This document shows, piece after piece, positions 29,412 to 44,320 of a stretch of 64,000 nt of DNA. Within the stretch, counting starts at the first letter, position 1. Each line of letters begins with the position of its first letter. The translations under genes and the position numbers were made by a program. The notes beneath the pieces were generated by a model. That model ran no database searches. It had not been told where the DNA came from and worked only from the letters and a program-made list of their open reading frames with translations. The stretch covers positions 188,976,001 to 189,040,000 of the forward strand of contig OZ024740.1 of NCBI GenBank assembly GCA_964016885.1, given 5' to 3'. Source of the DNA: Eledone cirrhosa (Eukaryota).

Positions 29412-29483
29412 TGTATATATATATATATACATATGTGTATATATATATACATATATGTATATATATATATATATACATATGTG

Positions 29484-29531
<48 letters not shown>

Positions 29532-29546
29532 TGTATATATATATAC

Positions 29547-29602
<56 letters not shown>

Positions 29603-29708
29603 GTGTATATATATATATATATATATACATATGTGTATATATATATATATATATATACATATATGTATATATATATATATATATATACATATGTGTATAT
29701 ATATATAC

Positions 29709-29739
<31 letters not shown>

Positions 29740-29750
29740 CATATGTGTAT
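29020..29750. repeat. (TA)n-rich microsatellite
   Basis: Directly visible. Confidence 0.96.
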
Positions 29751-29752
29751 AT

Positions 29753-30683
29753 CATCATCATCATCATAATTTTATGTCCGCTTTTCCCTGCTTGCAAGGG
29801 TGGGACGGGTCTTATTCAGCACAGCATCTCTCCACTCATCACGGTCCTTCGTCATCTCCACCGTGAGCTTCAATGATCTGAGGTCTGTTCGCACCACCTC
29901 CGCCCATGTTTTTCGTGGTCTACCTCTACCACGTCTTCCTTCAACTGGCATTTCCTGGCACTTCTTCACCCATCGGTCATCCTCCATGCGCATCACATGT
30001 CCATACCACCTCAGTCTCCTCTCCTGTACACTACATTCTATCCCTCTCAGACACAGTTTCTCTCTCAACACATTTATGCTGAGTCGTTCACGTACATATA
30101 CACTGCACATCCAACAGAGCATGCTTGCCTCATTTCTCTCTAGCCGTCGCATATCCTCTGCAGTTTCTGCCCATGTCTCACTACCATGCAGCATCGCGCT
30201 CCTCACACAGGCATCATACAACCAGCCTTTCGTACGCAGGGAGAAACCCTTCTTCGTCAACAGAGGAAGCAGCTCCCTAAACTTCTTCCAACCCATCCTT
30301 ATTCTAGATACTATGGCCTCGGAGCACCCTCCTCCCATGCTAATCTGATCTCTCAGGTACCGGAAGCTATCCACCACTCCTATAGCACCCTCCTGCATCT
30401 GAAAAATGTGTCTATCAATGCGACTTCTACTGTCTAATTTCCCTGTACATCTACTGCATACATATTTCTCCCTACCTGTTAGTTTGCCTGCTAGCCCGCT
30501 ACATCTCTCGTGTACCCAGGATCTGCATTGTGTGCATTTTATAGAATTTATGCCAGTTCCTTTTCTGCATATCGAACATGGCCATTTCCCTGATGGAATC
30601 AGGGTTTTGTCCTCTTTTCTACTCATCAACACTTTTGTCTTAGCTAGATTTGCTCTCAGTCCTCTTGCTTCCAACTGCTGTTT
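29753..30683 (-). mobile_element. RTE LINE, 5'-truncated, 300-aa open C-terminal frame with Cys-rich insertion
   Basis: ORF 29772-30674: GLRANLAKTKVL, CSICRKG..IKCTQCRSWVHERCSGL..YVCSRC, FRYL, GWKKFRELLPLL, LRWYGHVMR, GRPRKTW; (GAT)n tail. Confidence 0.95.
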
Positions 30684-30955
30684 TCATAGCCAGAATGAGG
30701 TGGTATGGACATGTGATGTGCATGGAGGATGACCGATTGGTGAAGAAGAGTCAGGAAATGTCAGTTCAAGGAAGACATGGTAGAGGTAGACACGAAAAAC
30801 ATGGGCGGAGGTGGTGAGAACAGACCTCAGATCGTTGAAGCTCACGGTGAAGATGACGAAGGGCCATGACGAGTGGAGAGATGCTGTGCTGAATAAGAAC
30901 CGTCCCACTCTTGCGAGCAGGGAAGAGCGGACGTAAAATGATGATGATGTTGATG
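30684..30955 (+). mobile_element. RTE LINE 3' end, inverted relative to the adjacent copy
   Basis: RMRWYGHVMCMEDDRLVKK...GGACGTAAAATGATGATG; reverse complement of ~29753-30013. Confidence 0.88.
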
Positions 30956-31054
30956 ATATATGCAGTGTTAACCTAATATATTCCTTCCATATACTGTAAC
31001 GATTGTGTTGTTATTTCTAACCCACCCGTCCCCTCAATTTATCTTATTTCTCAT

Positions 31055-31091
31055 TCTTTCTGATGAAGGAGTAGCGTCCGAAACGTTAAGA
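31055..31091 (+). ncRNA. Candidate minimal hammerhead ribozyme, canonical core
   Basis: TCTTT CTGATGA a GGA gtagcg TCC GAAA CGT TA AGA; degenerate copy on the minus strand at 36944-36979. Confidence 0.55.
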
Positions 31092-33016
31092 CCCTCTCCC
31101 TGCTATATCAAGCGTTAACCTAACATATCCCTTCCATATACTGTACCAATTGTGTTGCTATTTCTGTTTACCTTTTATATATATATGGAGATATTTTTTA
31201 GATATAAAATATAGATCTAGGCCTGACTATTTAGTATGAAAATAATACCAAATAAAAACAAAATATTTGATTCGAAATTTCAATACATTTTAATATAATT
31301 TGCAAGTGAAAATGTATCACATAAGAGAATACTTTTGAAAAGTCAACTCTTGCAACTATTTAATAGCATCTTTAAATGTAGCACACGTTTCATCACTTAT
31401 TTAGTTAACAGTTTTAAACGTCTCATTTTTTAATTCACTCATAAAGGAAATATTTTGATGATATATTTTTTTTGTTCTGTTAAGTAATCTTCTGTAGATC
31501 TCTAGCACATGGTTTACATTGCAACATTCTGTAATGCTTGAAAAAGAAAAAAAACAGCAAATTCGTTCTATAGTGGTGGGGGTTGACTAAATAAATACGC
31601 TATTTTGTAACTTATTTACATATTCAGAATACAAAAATGAGTGCTTGAGTGTATGTGTGTGTGTTTTTACACCTGTACATGCACACATATATAAACACAT
31701 CCATATATAGCATGCTTTGATCACTTAGTAACAGTTTTACAAGTCAATATTTAAAGAAAAAAACTTTTTCTAACAACATATATGGTAAAAATAGCAGAAA
31801 ATGTCTACCCAATACAATATATAGGGTATGTACATAATATTTTTGAAGCTAAAAATGTTCAAATAGTTACTCTGGTGCTCAGGATTTGTACATAACACTT
31901 CTCAAAATTCCCCCTTTGTGCAATTAACTCCTGGTAGATCTGTTAGGATGGTGTCAGGACATGACATGTCTGTGTCGTGTATCCCTCGAACAAATCCTTC
32001 TCAAAGTCTTAATGCCATCATTTTTTTTCAGAGTAAATGTATAAATGATGGAAAGAAGAAAAAGTATCGGCCTTAATGCATGATGGTACTTTATTTATCC
32101 ACTCTTATGAAAGAATGATTGGTACACTTGATCATGTCAGGGTCTGAACTTTTAGCACAGAGAGCCAGAACAAATATTGTAAGTCACTCTATCTGACAGT
32201 CTAATGACTCTGCCAACTCATTGCTTTGACTCGCAAAGAGAATGCAAAATAAGTTATGATTTTTCTATCCTTTTCTAGGAATATTAGAATTAGATGTAAA
32301 CAATAACTCTTTACATATAGCTTTTAAAACCTATATAGCTATATTTTAGTATATCATCATTTAATCTTCATTCTCAATGCAAGCAAGCATTGGATGGGTC
32401 ATCACAGAAGAAGTCTGTACTTCATCAGAGCTATTGACCTCCCAGATAGGCTGGGAACTGCATCTTGCTTACATACATTCTTTTATGTACTTACAGTTTC
32501 TCTTTTGCTCGTTCTCTTTAATCCCTCAAGTGCATTTTCATAGCACCAGCACTAAGGAAGTTGTCATGTCTCTAACACAACTTGATCCTTTGTTTGGTAT
32601 GGTGTCTATGGCTGGATGCACTTCCTATCACCAACCATCTTACAGGGTGTATACTTTATATATATAAACTATTTTGAAATGCGGGTGTAAAACAATTTTT
32701 ATATGACATGTGTTCCTGAACCAATCCTTCTATATTGAAATTGAATTCATTTTTTCATAGTTTCTTTCATTCTTCAGCCTCAGAATTTATCAATGCATTA
32801 ATGCATCAGATAGCTTCAGATTATCCATACATATAGATTCATGTATGTAATCTCTTCTAGCAGTTTTATTTGTTGTTTGTCCACTCAGTGACCTGCCTGA
32901 AACTATGGTTTTAATATCCTTGATACCGCCTATATAGGAGCAGATATAACAATATCTACACACTTCCCTGTAGATATGTAAAAGTATGTAGACATTCATA
33001 ACAATAAATATATGCC

Positions 33017-33071
<55 letters not shown>

Positions 33072-33074
<3 letters not shown>

Positions 33075-33154
33075 GGTGTCCCAAACAATGTATACACAGG
33101 CAATATTTATTAGAATGCTGTTGAAGTATATATACATTTTTTGGCGTCTCTCTG
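33072..33154. mobile_element. Tiny Tc1/mariner-type MITE remnant
   Basis: CAGGGTGTCCCAAACAATGTATACAC ... GTATATATACATTTTTTGGCGTCTCTCTG imperfect TIRs. Confidence 0.45.
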
Positions 33155-33890
33155 TGTGTGTGTGTATGTATATATATAAATATATACAACTCGGGGCAAT
33201 TAATATGCTTACCTCACTTTATCTGGCTATCCTGCCTGGATAATGGTTATGAAAACCATTCCTCTGTCATAATCTAAATTATAAAATCTGCTGAAACTAT
33301 TTTACCTATGTTTCCGTGGGAAAATAGGTGTAATAGAATCAATAACCAAGTATAATGAAAGTATTCATATTATTATTATAGAGAATGGAAGGCAATGCTT
33401 GTAATAAAACCATTAATGACCACCTCCTAGTCATCAGTTCCATAGTTCTTTTCTATTTTGGATGGGAGGAATTTGTTAAATTTAACTCATTTATGTTAAC
33501 CTCCAAATCAGAATTTGTTCATGTTCTATATGTTATTAGCATTCTATAACTATATAATGAAGATTCAAAAGTAAAATGAACAGCGGTATTCAACTTTAAG
33601 GTCACCATAGTTGACACTTTAAGGGGGACTAGTTGATTTTATAGAAAAAGGTTGTTTTTCAAATTTGGGATATAACTACATTTAGATATTTGAAAAATTT
33701 CTTAAGTGAGGAATCAGTATATTGTGAGAATGTAGTAGCAATGTGACAGTTGCAGCAGCATAGCAGTTGCAAATTGTTGCAGAGGTTACAATGGAATTGC
33801 TGCTGGTTCCAGTGATAATGGTTTATTTATGTGTGTGAGTAGATTCTGAACAATGTAACCTCAAATATGTATATGTGTGCACGTGTGTGT

Positions 33891-33944
<54 letters not shown>

Positions 33945-33963
33945 CATATATATATATACCTAG

Positions 33964-34000
<37 letters not shown>

Positions 34001-34015
34001 CATATTTACACTTAT

Positions 34016-34270
34016 ATCATCATCATCTTCGTTTAACGTCCACTTTCCACGCTAGCATGGGTTAGACGGGAGTTGTCCCACTTTAGGCAAGGCAGGTCGG
34101 GTGACCGTGTCTCGCTCATATAGGACTATCTGGTAGGTTTTCTACGGCTGGATGCCCTTCCTAATACCAACCACATTTACAGTGTGGAACTGGGAACTTT
34201 TTACCGTGTTACCTACACGGCCACATCACACCGTGGACTGTGTGTGTTTTTTGTCATGACACCTACACAA
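34016..34270 (-). mobile_element. RTE-related SINE copy
   Basis: Reverse-complement homolog of 62060-62318. Confidence 0.8.
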
Positions 34271-34459
34271 TCTCGATCTCATTTTCTTGTGCTGTTGATG
34301 GGAGTGAGAGGATAGGGTAGGGGTAGTGGATTGGGGTGTATATTTGGTTAAGAGGTGCCTACATGTCCATATTTATATAAACATATATATTTCATATATA
34401 TATACATGTATATGAAATATAGAAATATATATGTTTATATAAGTATGTTCATATATGTG

Positions 34460-34770
34460 TAAAAAAGTGCCAAGAAATCCCAGTAGAATGAACACGCAGT
34501 AGAGGTAGACCACAAAACATATGGGCGGATGTGGTGAGAGCAGACCTCAGATTGCTGAATCTCACCGAGGAGATGATGAAGGACCATGACAAGTGGAGAG
34601 ATGCTGGGCTGAATAGGACCTGTCCAACTTGTCACAAGTGTAGTGTTTGTACCAGAGTTTTCAAGTCGCTGGCTAAACTAAAAAGTCACACTCGTTCAGC
34701 GCATTGGTAGGGGTTCTCCTACATGGATATAAAGTAGTGGCCGTACTCGAAAACGAGTTGGCAGCCACCA
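34460..34770 (+). mobile_element. Chimera: RTE 3' fragment (34460-34629) fused to zinc-finger LINE tail (34630-34770)
   Basis: First part matches 30745-30910, second matches 1011-1150. Confidence 0.75.
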
Positions 34771-35576
34771 TGTATGTATGTATGTATGTATGTATGTATG
34801 CAGATGTACATTTATAAATGTGTGTGTGTGTGTGTGTGTGTGTATCATGTTATACAGTGGTTGGCATTGGGAAGGGACATCCAGTGACAGAAATCTTGCT
34901 AAGTATGGAACAAATGAGCAGGATGATATCTCTCCAGTTCGTCTACTCTTAGACTGTACTAAATTGTCCAATCTATGCTGACCCTGAAAACAGACAAACA
35001 TGTTGATGATGATGATGATATGCCCACGACTACCCATAAAAGTAGTTATATATATATTTATCCACTTTGGATTTGGTGAGTGCAGAAGATCTTCAATCAT
35101 CTGACACTATCCTAACAATAATAAGATGTAAAGTTTGATTACAAGTTTTCAGATAATGAGCAGCAAGTGAAAACACCCTTCTAGCCTGAGCTGATCCAAG
35201 TCATTTTGTACAATTTAAGACAATGCAGTCTATACATTTATATATTCTTTTATTGTTTAATTGGTTTCAGTGATTAAGTTGCCGCTTAAAGGGATTTTAT
35301 GTGAACATTTCTATATCTATCTATTTTTTTTAATGCCTAGTAATTATTTTAAAGTTTTTGGACCAAAATACAGGCATAAATGTGTGCACAAACTTGGGTG
35401 GGCTATGTGCTTTGCATCTCACAAGCTCTAGTCACAAGATATTGACCAGCTTATGGCTATTATAGAAGGTATTTGCCCAAGCTGCCATGCAGTAAAACTG
35501 AACCTGGAATCATTTGGTTGGAAAGTGGTCTCTTTAATAACATGACTATGTCTGCATAAACACATATGCACACACA

Positions 35577-35609
<33 letters not shown>

Positions 35610-36139
35610 TCCAGTATTCCGATGATTTTATCAGAGACACACACTGTATTTAAGGTCGAGTGACGCAACTTTGAATGATTAGTGGCCTTTAGACTCACCT
35701 GATCAATGAAACAATTGTTAATACTGTAAGAGAAATGCATCTAGAAAGATCCACCTCCGAAGATCAAGTCTGGACAAGGTTATTTATGGATGACCAGCAA
35801 GTGCCCATACATACTGGTCTTCCCTCATTTCTATAGTGGTGTAAACTAAAGCAACATGAGTTGAGCTAGAGTTGCATCAAAAGCTTAGCAACTTCCATAA
35901 CCAGTATAAACATTTAAAAAACTTACCAGTACAAATACAAAAATCTATTTTCTATGTAATTGCAACAACACTAATATCTACACCCTTAGGGATATGTAAT
36001 ATTTCTAAAGCACTTTTTTATTATGGGGATAGAACCTTCCTTCAGATACATGGCACAAAAAAGCTATATATGGTTTATTAAAAATCCCTTTATAAAAAAT
36101 ATTCTCATCAGGAATACTTTTAAACAATACAGGCCTGAA

Positions 36140-36540
36140 ATGTCACAGCAAAGATAGTAGAGGCATTCAAAGTTAAGACCTTGTAGGACTTTGAAGTTAA
36201 GCTGGAATCCAACATTACTTCAGTGGGTAAAGTGTTCTGGGAGACCCTCTGCCTACTTTGTAATAAGCAGTCCTCCTTCACAAATGCTGTCAAGAGGGCA
36301 TCAAGGGTTCTCCTCTCTTCAGAGATTTGCATCTTCATGAGGTGGAAAGAATACTTTCTGATGTACACAAGGTGCATCTGGGAGTGATGACTAATCTCTC
36401 AGAGCCTGAGTTCACAAGAGCAATTAGAGCTCAAATGTGGCAAGGCCACCGAGGAAGATGAAATTCAACTTGAGTTGTTAAAAAGAGAAGGCATTCTCTG
36501 GCTGAGTCATGTGTGCTGGGTGACCTCAATCTCTGGAAGG
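36140..36540 (+). mobile_element. Old degenerate RTE (Expander/RTE-1-like) fragment, region upstream of the RT core
   Basis: Manual translation across frameshifts: KVFWETLCLL...MRWKEYF...ISEPEFTRAI..LKCGKATEEDEIQLELLK..GILWLSHVC, resembling RW.EYF / GKAPG.DEI..E.LK of RTE ORFs. Confidence 0.65.
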
Positions 36541-39500
36541 ATCTTACCACTTCACTATCTAAATATATCTGGAGTTTAAATGATGATAATATTAACAGTC
36601 ATAAAATCAATTGGTCTATTATAGAACAAGCATCCATTACATTAAAGATTCAAGAAAGTATGATCTTCATATTTTAAGGGAGTATAAATTTCTATTGCAG
36701 TATGTGGCAATTTTTAACAAAAGGTCATATATATATATATATGATAAAGAATAATTTTCTGCAGAGGAATGGAAAGAAACCACAATCTAACGTTGGTACT
36801 CAATACATTAGATAGAGAGGATGCACGCACACACACACACACACACACATGTGTGTGTGCACGAAATAGAAATGGAAAAACACAACAGAGGATGAATTAC
36901 AATGAAGATATATATTAGCTCATGCTTAATGTAGTAGAAAAAGTCTTAACATTTCAGATGCTAGTCCTTCATCAGAAAGTAAAATGGGTTTTTCAGTTTC
37001 TAAATAAAACAGTAATCTCTTTCAGATGATATAGTATCCCTTAATAACAGATACATTAACTGATTTAATGTGGAATTAATTTTTTTTTACAGTAACATAA
37101 TAAATTACTAACAATATATACGACCTTATGATCCAAGAGTAGGTATTTTATTAAATCAATCATTTAATCAGCTTACCTCTTCATTAAAACTATATCTTAG
37201 GGTTGCTTCTCTTCTTTTTTTCTTCAACATTGGGATCATTTAGATTTTCCAGCATGTTAGAAAAGAAGAGTTCAGAATTCCAAAGCACCTTTTCATGTTA
37301 ATTAATATTTCGTGCTTTGCCTTGCAGGTATTTTGATACAGTCTCATACAAAACATCTAAGAGCATTATTTCAAGTTAATCAGCCTCACCTCTATATAGT
37401 TAGGTAAAATTCTGCAAGGATTCTCTTCAAGAGAAGCTAAAAACATTCTATATTTCATCTCCCTTGAGGTAAAATGGTTTCTAGAGTTAACTCATATTGA
37501 CATGATATGCATAATTGATATGCAAAAATACTTTGCTATACAAAGCCTACTGATGTATGATTGAAAGGTATTTCATTATTTATTCTGATAAATCCTTACA
37601 GAATAACTATTCTAACATTTTTCCATATAAAGCCAAGGGGACTAGCTGTATAAATGAACAGGCAATTTGTACTGTCAAATCAAAAATATTGTTCAATTCT
37701 TTAAGCATAATACTTTCTTTCCTAGTTGTACAATCTGTATTGAAGTATTTTCTCACATTTTATTATGTATTTCTTTTTATCAGCACTTTTAATACAATGG
37801 ATCAGTTGGATTCCAATGCTTTCATCTATAGTTAAATTATAAAACCAGAATTTATTAGTACATAGCATTAACTGATCAATTAGATTGGTAAAAATGTCTG
37901 CACAGCAATCCTTTGTGCAGTTATGCATGGTAAACTAACATTCTTAAACAGCCTTCTCTTCCCTGGATACAATCATAATACAATATATATATATATATAT
38001 TCATCATATGTCTTTATAGACTTGTTCAATGTGAAGCATTTTCTGTCTCTTACAATTTCTAGTAATATTTGTCAGCTCTTTTATTGTTTGTCTACAATAT
38101 TTTTTAATCAGTTCCTCGTTGAACATTTTCACTAATATTGCAGCTTTAATACTTCTTTATATGAATTCACTTAAATAAGTTAGAGATATGTAGTTTTATA
38201 AAATGCTGCGAATATATAACAATGTGTGGAGAACTTAACACTTCACAGCACATTACTATGCACATTATATTCTTATTGAAAGTGATAAATAAGTTTATTC
38301 ATTCATTTAGAGTTGAAACTTCTGTGCCCTGATTCTACTTTTCACTTCCTCTTGTAGCTCATGCCTGAGGCATCTCATAGTTAAAGATTTGGCCCCCTGT
38401 ATACGCACAAAAAAAAAACGAGACAAATGTCTGATAGAATAAAACTGATTCTTTTAATGTGTTTTGACAGTTGCATGTGCTGCTGATTTTTCAAGGCATT
38501 GCTTATGATAGCTTAGGGGAGAAAGATTTGTAATGGATTGCAGCTTTAACACATCAGTATATTTATGTGTATGTACCGTGCCCCAATTAGAAGCATAGAA
38601 ACACAAATTTACTCTGTCATTGATTTCTGTGGCAATCTTTGTGTTCTTTTGTGTAACTAAAGCTAAGTGAATTAACTAGGCAAAACAGAATTTGATTGAA
38701 TAAGCTTCCTATTCATCCTCTCACCTTGCCATCTTTGTATTACTTTTTCTAAGCCTGTAATTGGTTGATAGTACATGTTTAATTTAGGTGAGAACTATTT
38801 GATTATATTAGAGTTACATCCTGTTCTGGATGCACCATAATATACACCAGACATGCTGCCATGCATGTCTAATTCAGCTGAACTGCTTTTCAACCACCTG
38901 TAATTAATAACATTCCCAACATTTGAAAAGCACTTAGAATTTTTATAAATAAACATTAATTGTAAAAGATTTCATTGAACCACAAAGTGATTCTTCATAT
39001 GCCACACACTGATCTGGTGTATTCTAAACTCTACAGGTTTCTTAATGATGTTGTTGTTTTGACCTGGTCAGCCTTGATCAAGCAGACTTATGATCAAAAT
39101 GAATTCATGGCATGACTAATCCAATCCATTTTTTTAATTATTTTGTATATAATGGACTACATTTATCCTGTGCATCACTTTGTTTTTAATCTAACACCAT
39201 AGTGTGTGATTTGAGATAATTTGGCTTTTACTTTTAGCAGAACAAACGATTGCGTCGAGTTTCTCTCACTGCCTTAACTGAAGTGGAATTAAGTGTTGTA
39301 ACTACAGGACTTGATTTACTTTTTATTCTGAAAAAAGAAAGAAACAAAAAGCATCAAATCTTAACAGAATAGATTTAAATTTACACAACGTTCCTAAATA
39401 CACTAGTTCAACGGTTTTTGAACTATAATAAATTTTGGTCTTCCTAATTAACATAAACTGAAAAGCTATGCCTTGAAAAACCAATAGTACACACTGCTGT

Positions 39501-41821
39501 TAAAATATAATTCCAGGGATAGTTGTTTTTTTTAAATTAATCTTCCCTAAAAACCTAGCAAATCTCTTAATGTCACTGACTAGTCAAATTAAGCTATTGT
39601 GGATCTTTTTGGAATGTATATGATTTAATGATCATTGTTGTCTCGCTTGTTTAATTCTTGTTTAGAGATTTACATGAAGATTTACAAACTCATTTTTTTA
39701 AATCATAAAACTATATGACTCACAATATTGTTTGTGCTAGCATGTATGCACACACATACCAGTTTACACATATGTGGTTTAGCTAATATAATGTAAAAAA
39801 GTCAAACAATATTAATGGAAGTGCAATATTTTGTATACATGCATTGGTGTTTTTAGGTTTCTATCATGTAACTTTCATTGCGTTGTTGTGTACATTAGCA
39901 AGTTTTTATTTTATTTTCCTAAGCTATCAAACTGAAAACATGATGTTAATATCTCAACTAAATTAACCACTACTTGGCTTTCATTCTATCCCACAGAGAA
40001 AACGTTTCTAATACCAACTTTATATAACAGCAAACAGCTGCGACTCCTGGTTCCATTAAAAAGGAATTAGTATTGTTTGCTGACTGCTTTCTATCTTATC
40101 TATTTAATTATTGTCCTTAACATTTGAATTTAAGGACTAAATTGCAGCATCCCATGAGATGACAGGATACAGAGTTTATCTTTTAGAGCCCAAGGAATAT
40201 GTAAATTGTTTCAATACAATGGTTTCAGTTGTGAGCATACAATTTTTATAAACTGAAATAACCTTCTAATCATTGCAATGGCATGTTTTCTTATGGTGTT
40301 TAACCTTAACATTCTTAAAGAAACCAATTACTAGAAGATGAGATTATAAGATTGTTCTCTTTTCTTTCACTTGCCAACGAAATATAATGAATAATTCAAA
40401 ATTATCTCCCCTATCATTTATTCTGTGAAATAATATATTTAACTAATGCTTGCCATGTGATATTATTCTTAAAGTGTACATACATGCTCACTCTGCTCCC
40501 ATATAGTCTATTGCCAGGCTTCAATACATGTCATTACTTAATTAGAATGACACAAGTTTTAGCTGACTGTAATGTTATTCTAATTAATGATTTGTCGTTT
40601 GTTTCCTTTGTGTGTTGTCTTGTTTGCCATAAACAGGCAAATGATAAAGGAAGGAATTGAGCACATAGATTTCAAATATTGGATTAAAATCGTATTATAG
40701 ACATCATGTCCCCATCTACCTAATTGGAAAAAAAAAGGATATTTGTTTGATTTGTATTCGCCTCTCCACAACGATTTTCAATGATAAACTAGTTTGTCTT
40801 AGCCAATGCTCTTGAGAGTAATGAAACACGTAGATATCTCTACATCTGTAGTTGTATGCTTCATGGTAAAATGTACATAATGAAAGTTTCTCTTAACATA
40901 TTTCTAAAACACATTTTGCATCTTTCTACTTTTAGTAGATTAGGGAGAAAAGCTGATTTTTGTGATTCTCTGTTTTCTTTTTGGAAAACTGATTTATTAT
41001 ATAGAAATGAAGCCTCATGTTCATAGCTGATAGGAAGTAAATTGGCTCCAAAGGGAAATTTAAACCAGTTTTGCAGACATAGTTTGCTTAGTACTATCAT
41101 TATATTGCTTCATTCGCTCCTCCTTCAGATTTATATGAAGCAAAAACTATTCTCAAGAATATATCAGTTGTGTCAAAAATATGATAACTTTTCTTGTGCT
41201 GGTGCACTTGGTAGAATGTGAGACTGTTAGTAAGCAAGATGCAAACCTCCAGCCTGTATGGGAGGTCAGTTGGCTCACTTTAGTATTGATTTGGCCTCTG
41301 AAGGACCTTTCCAAACCTTGCTATCAGGGAAAGCAGATGTTAAACAGTGAGGATGATATTAGCTTAAAAGAAAAAAAAACATATATATATATAACAAATA
41401 TACTTAATATAGCAATTAACTATTAACATCCTGTAGCATGTTAAACCACATTAGCAAGACTTTCTTGGAAAGTATGACACAACACCATACCTGCATCATA
41501 TTAAGAACTGAATTCTTTATTTTAATGTGCTGCAAATTTTCACATAATCTGTACATTTCTAAAGATACTATAAACATTTGAAATAAGAAACTCCCAAATT
41601 TGTTTTTAGATATTTTCTGCTAAATGTTATGAGTTAAAATAAGGTTATTACAGGAGTGCATTTTTAATCATAGATCCGATTCCTAACCACTGTGTAATAT
41701 GAGTCATGTAGAGTAAAGGGCTCTGAATAGAGAATTTTAACTCATGACACAAACTTATATTTTTTTTTACATTGAGCCATATCTTTTTTACATGGTTGCT
41801 AACCCTAACATTCTCCCTAGT

Positions 41822-42185
41822 TTAACCCTTTTGATAACAAGCAGGCTGAAACCACACCTGGTTCTACAAACAAAACTTTATTTATCTTAAACCCTTTCTT
41901 CATAATATAATTGTTTCTACTTTTGGCACAAGGCCCGCAATTACCCAGTACATTACTGGTACTTTATTTTATCGACCCCGAAAGGATGAAAGGCAAAGTT
42001 AACCTCGGCAGGATTTGAACTCAGATCATAAAGGGACGTAACTCTATGCTTCAAAGCATGGTGTCCGATATAATGTAAAAACTTTTGCGATGTTACTAAA
42101 TCCCAGTAAATTATTGATTATTTTCAGATTTATTTGAAAGTAATAAGCAGTGTTTCATGAGAAATATGGTTTATAAAAGGTTTAA
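41822..42185. mobile_element. Possible TTAA-flanked MITE with nested SINE A
   Basis: TTAACCCTTTTGATAAC at left, GTTTATAAAAGGTTTAA at right (imperfect TIRs). Confidence 0.4.
41906..42068 (-). mobile_element. SINE family A copy
   Basis: Reverse complement of ~51420-51583. Confidence 0.85.
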
Positions 42186-44058
42186 AATCACAATCACCTG
42201 GTGATTGGGTATTTTTAGTGGAGTTCACTCTGTTACAATCATTAAGACCAGACCATCTTGTTTCCTTCCAATTTTCATTTTTCTTGCATGCATTGACCTG
42301 TAAATTATCAGAATAGGCGTCAGTCTCACTTGACAGGGAGGGAGGCCTGCAAAGATCATAAACATTGTCCTTCCTCTCCTGACTAAATTGTAAAAAAAAA
42401 ATTTTAAACATTCTCATCATTATCATATGTGGGAGGAAACCCGTTCTTGATTCATCTTTAGACTTTGACAAAGCTGAATGTATTTTATGGCTCTTACGAT
42501 AATATTTAAATGGTTAATGATTGACAGTAACAGCCATTGCTTAACAACAGAAGTGAGATGTCACATTGCTAATTACCAGATATACCCTAAAAGATGCAAA
42601 GAGAGGTTATCTCTGTTTTCATGTGATTATAACTCGTGAAAGAGGAAAATAGTGACATTTCACTCCACTGTTAGACAAGTAGAGCAGTCTAGCAAGGAAA
42701 TGTAGCAGAAAAAATAAATTCACTTTTCACTTCAAATAAAATAACAAAAATATACTAAGGAAAGAAAACAAACAAAAAACAAAACAAAAAGAAAAGATAA
42801 AATAATGTTAATAACAACATAAGCAATAATAAAACAAAACCAGGACACCAACAACAACGTCAAAAACAAGAACAACAACAACAACAATAATAATAATACA
42901 AATTCAGCTGCACATCACCGTTTCTAAATGGTAATCAATAAAATATACTTGTTGACTGTAAACTAATTGGAAATTTGTCTGGGAAATAAGAACAATAAAT
43001 TATAAGAATAATAGCCATTAGACTACAAGAGCTCGAAGGCAATATATCAAATAATAATAAGAAGAATTAGAATAAGAAGAATATAGCAAGACTTCTCACT
43101 CTTTCAGTCTCTCTCTCTCTCCTGTATTTTTAGAATTTCTTTCTTTTGTTAAATTTACATTCTTGCAACATGAGGCAAGTAATATATATTTTTGAACTAG
43201 ACGTCTACAGAATGTCCTAGAAATTGTCTTTTAAATATATTTTGATATCTTTTGTTTCCCATCATTTTATTGTTAGCATATATTTTACATTCAGAAAATA
43301 GAATGTCCAGATAGATATCAACTACACAACAAATTCTCTTTTTATTTTTTTATTTTTTACTTTTTAAAAAGAAAAAAACTTCCTTAGCATTTTCACTGTC
43401 TTTGTCCTTAAATTTAGATTTTATTTGTCTTGATTGTCGTTAGCTAAGTAGCATTCATTTATTCAGACTTTCCTTCATTTAATCATTCTCCAAACCATTC
43501 CATATTCTTTAGTTTCAACACAGGATTTATATAAGTTTTTATTTAAAAATTCTAAACTGTTTTCTCCTTAGCCCTGAAGGACACATGAGAATTTAAGTTC
43601 AGATCTAATACCAATATATGAAGCAGATGTGAGATTAACTTCTAAAATAGGACACCACTCTATTATAGATAACATTTCCTTATGATCTGTACCTATTTTC
43701 AATAGTATGGGGATTGAGGTATGCACTGTAAACTATGCAGATATATATCAAAATTGTAAACTCTATTTCATGTTATAATTAATTCTTATGGAGCAGACAT
43801 CTATCTTAGACATTTAGAATGAATTAATTGGAAGTAAGAAACTAAAACATACTAAAGGTACTTACTTAGGTCAGCCTTTTATTGTTAGTTTTACTAATTA
43901 AGAAAACAAAAAATGTCTAATATCATTTATTGAATAGGGATATAATTCTAAGCATTAAAATCATTATTTTGATATGCAAGTCATACTATTACAGACCAAC
44001 ACAGTAGCAATGATTCCTTGTACTTGTATGCTAGGTCTGATGGAATGTTAAGCAGAAT

Positions 44059-44123
<65 letters not shown>

Positions 44124-44249
44124 TAGGTAATTCCAAGGAAAGCAAAGGAAAAAAAGAGTTCTTTATGTATAGACAGACATATATTATTATTTTCTGTGAT
44201 CCAAAAACCTCTGGTAATGGAGTAGTTATATTTTGTGTTGTTCAATTTC

Positions 44250-44296
<47 letters not shown>

Positions 44297-44320
44297 ATAT
44301 ATATATATATATATATATAA

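Noticed and set aside
32790-37300. Minus-strand spliced gene suggested by GAG|GTAAGC donors at 37177 and 33213 and an acceptor near 32969
   Set aside because: The putative middle exon has stops in all three frames and no recognisable protein results. A non-coding transcript cannot be excluded but is unsupported.
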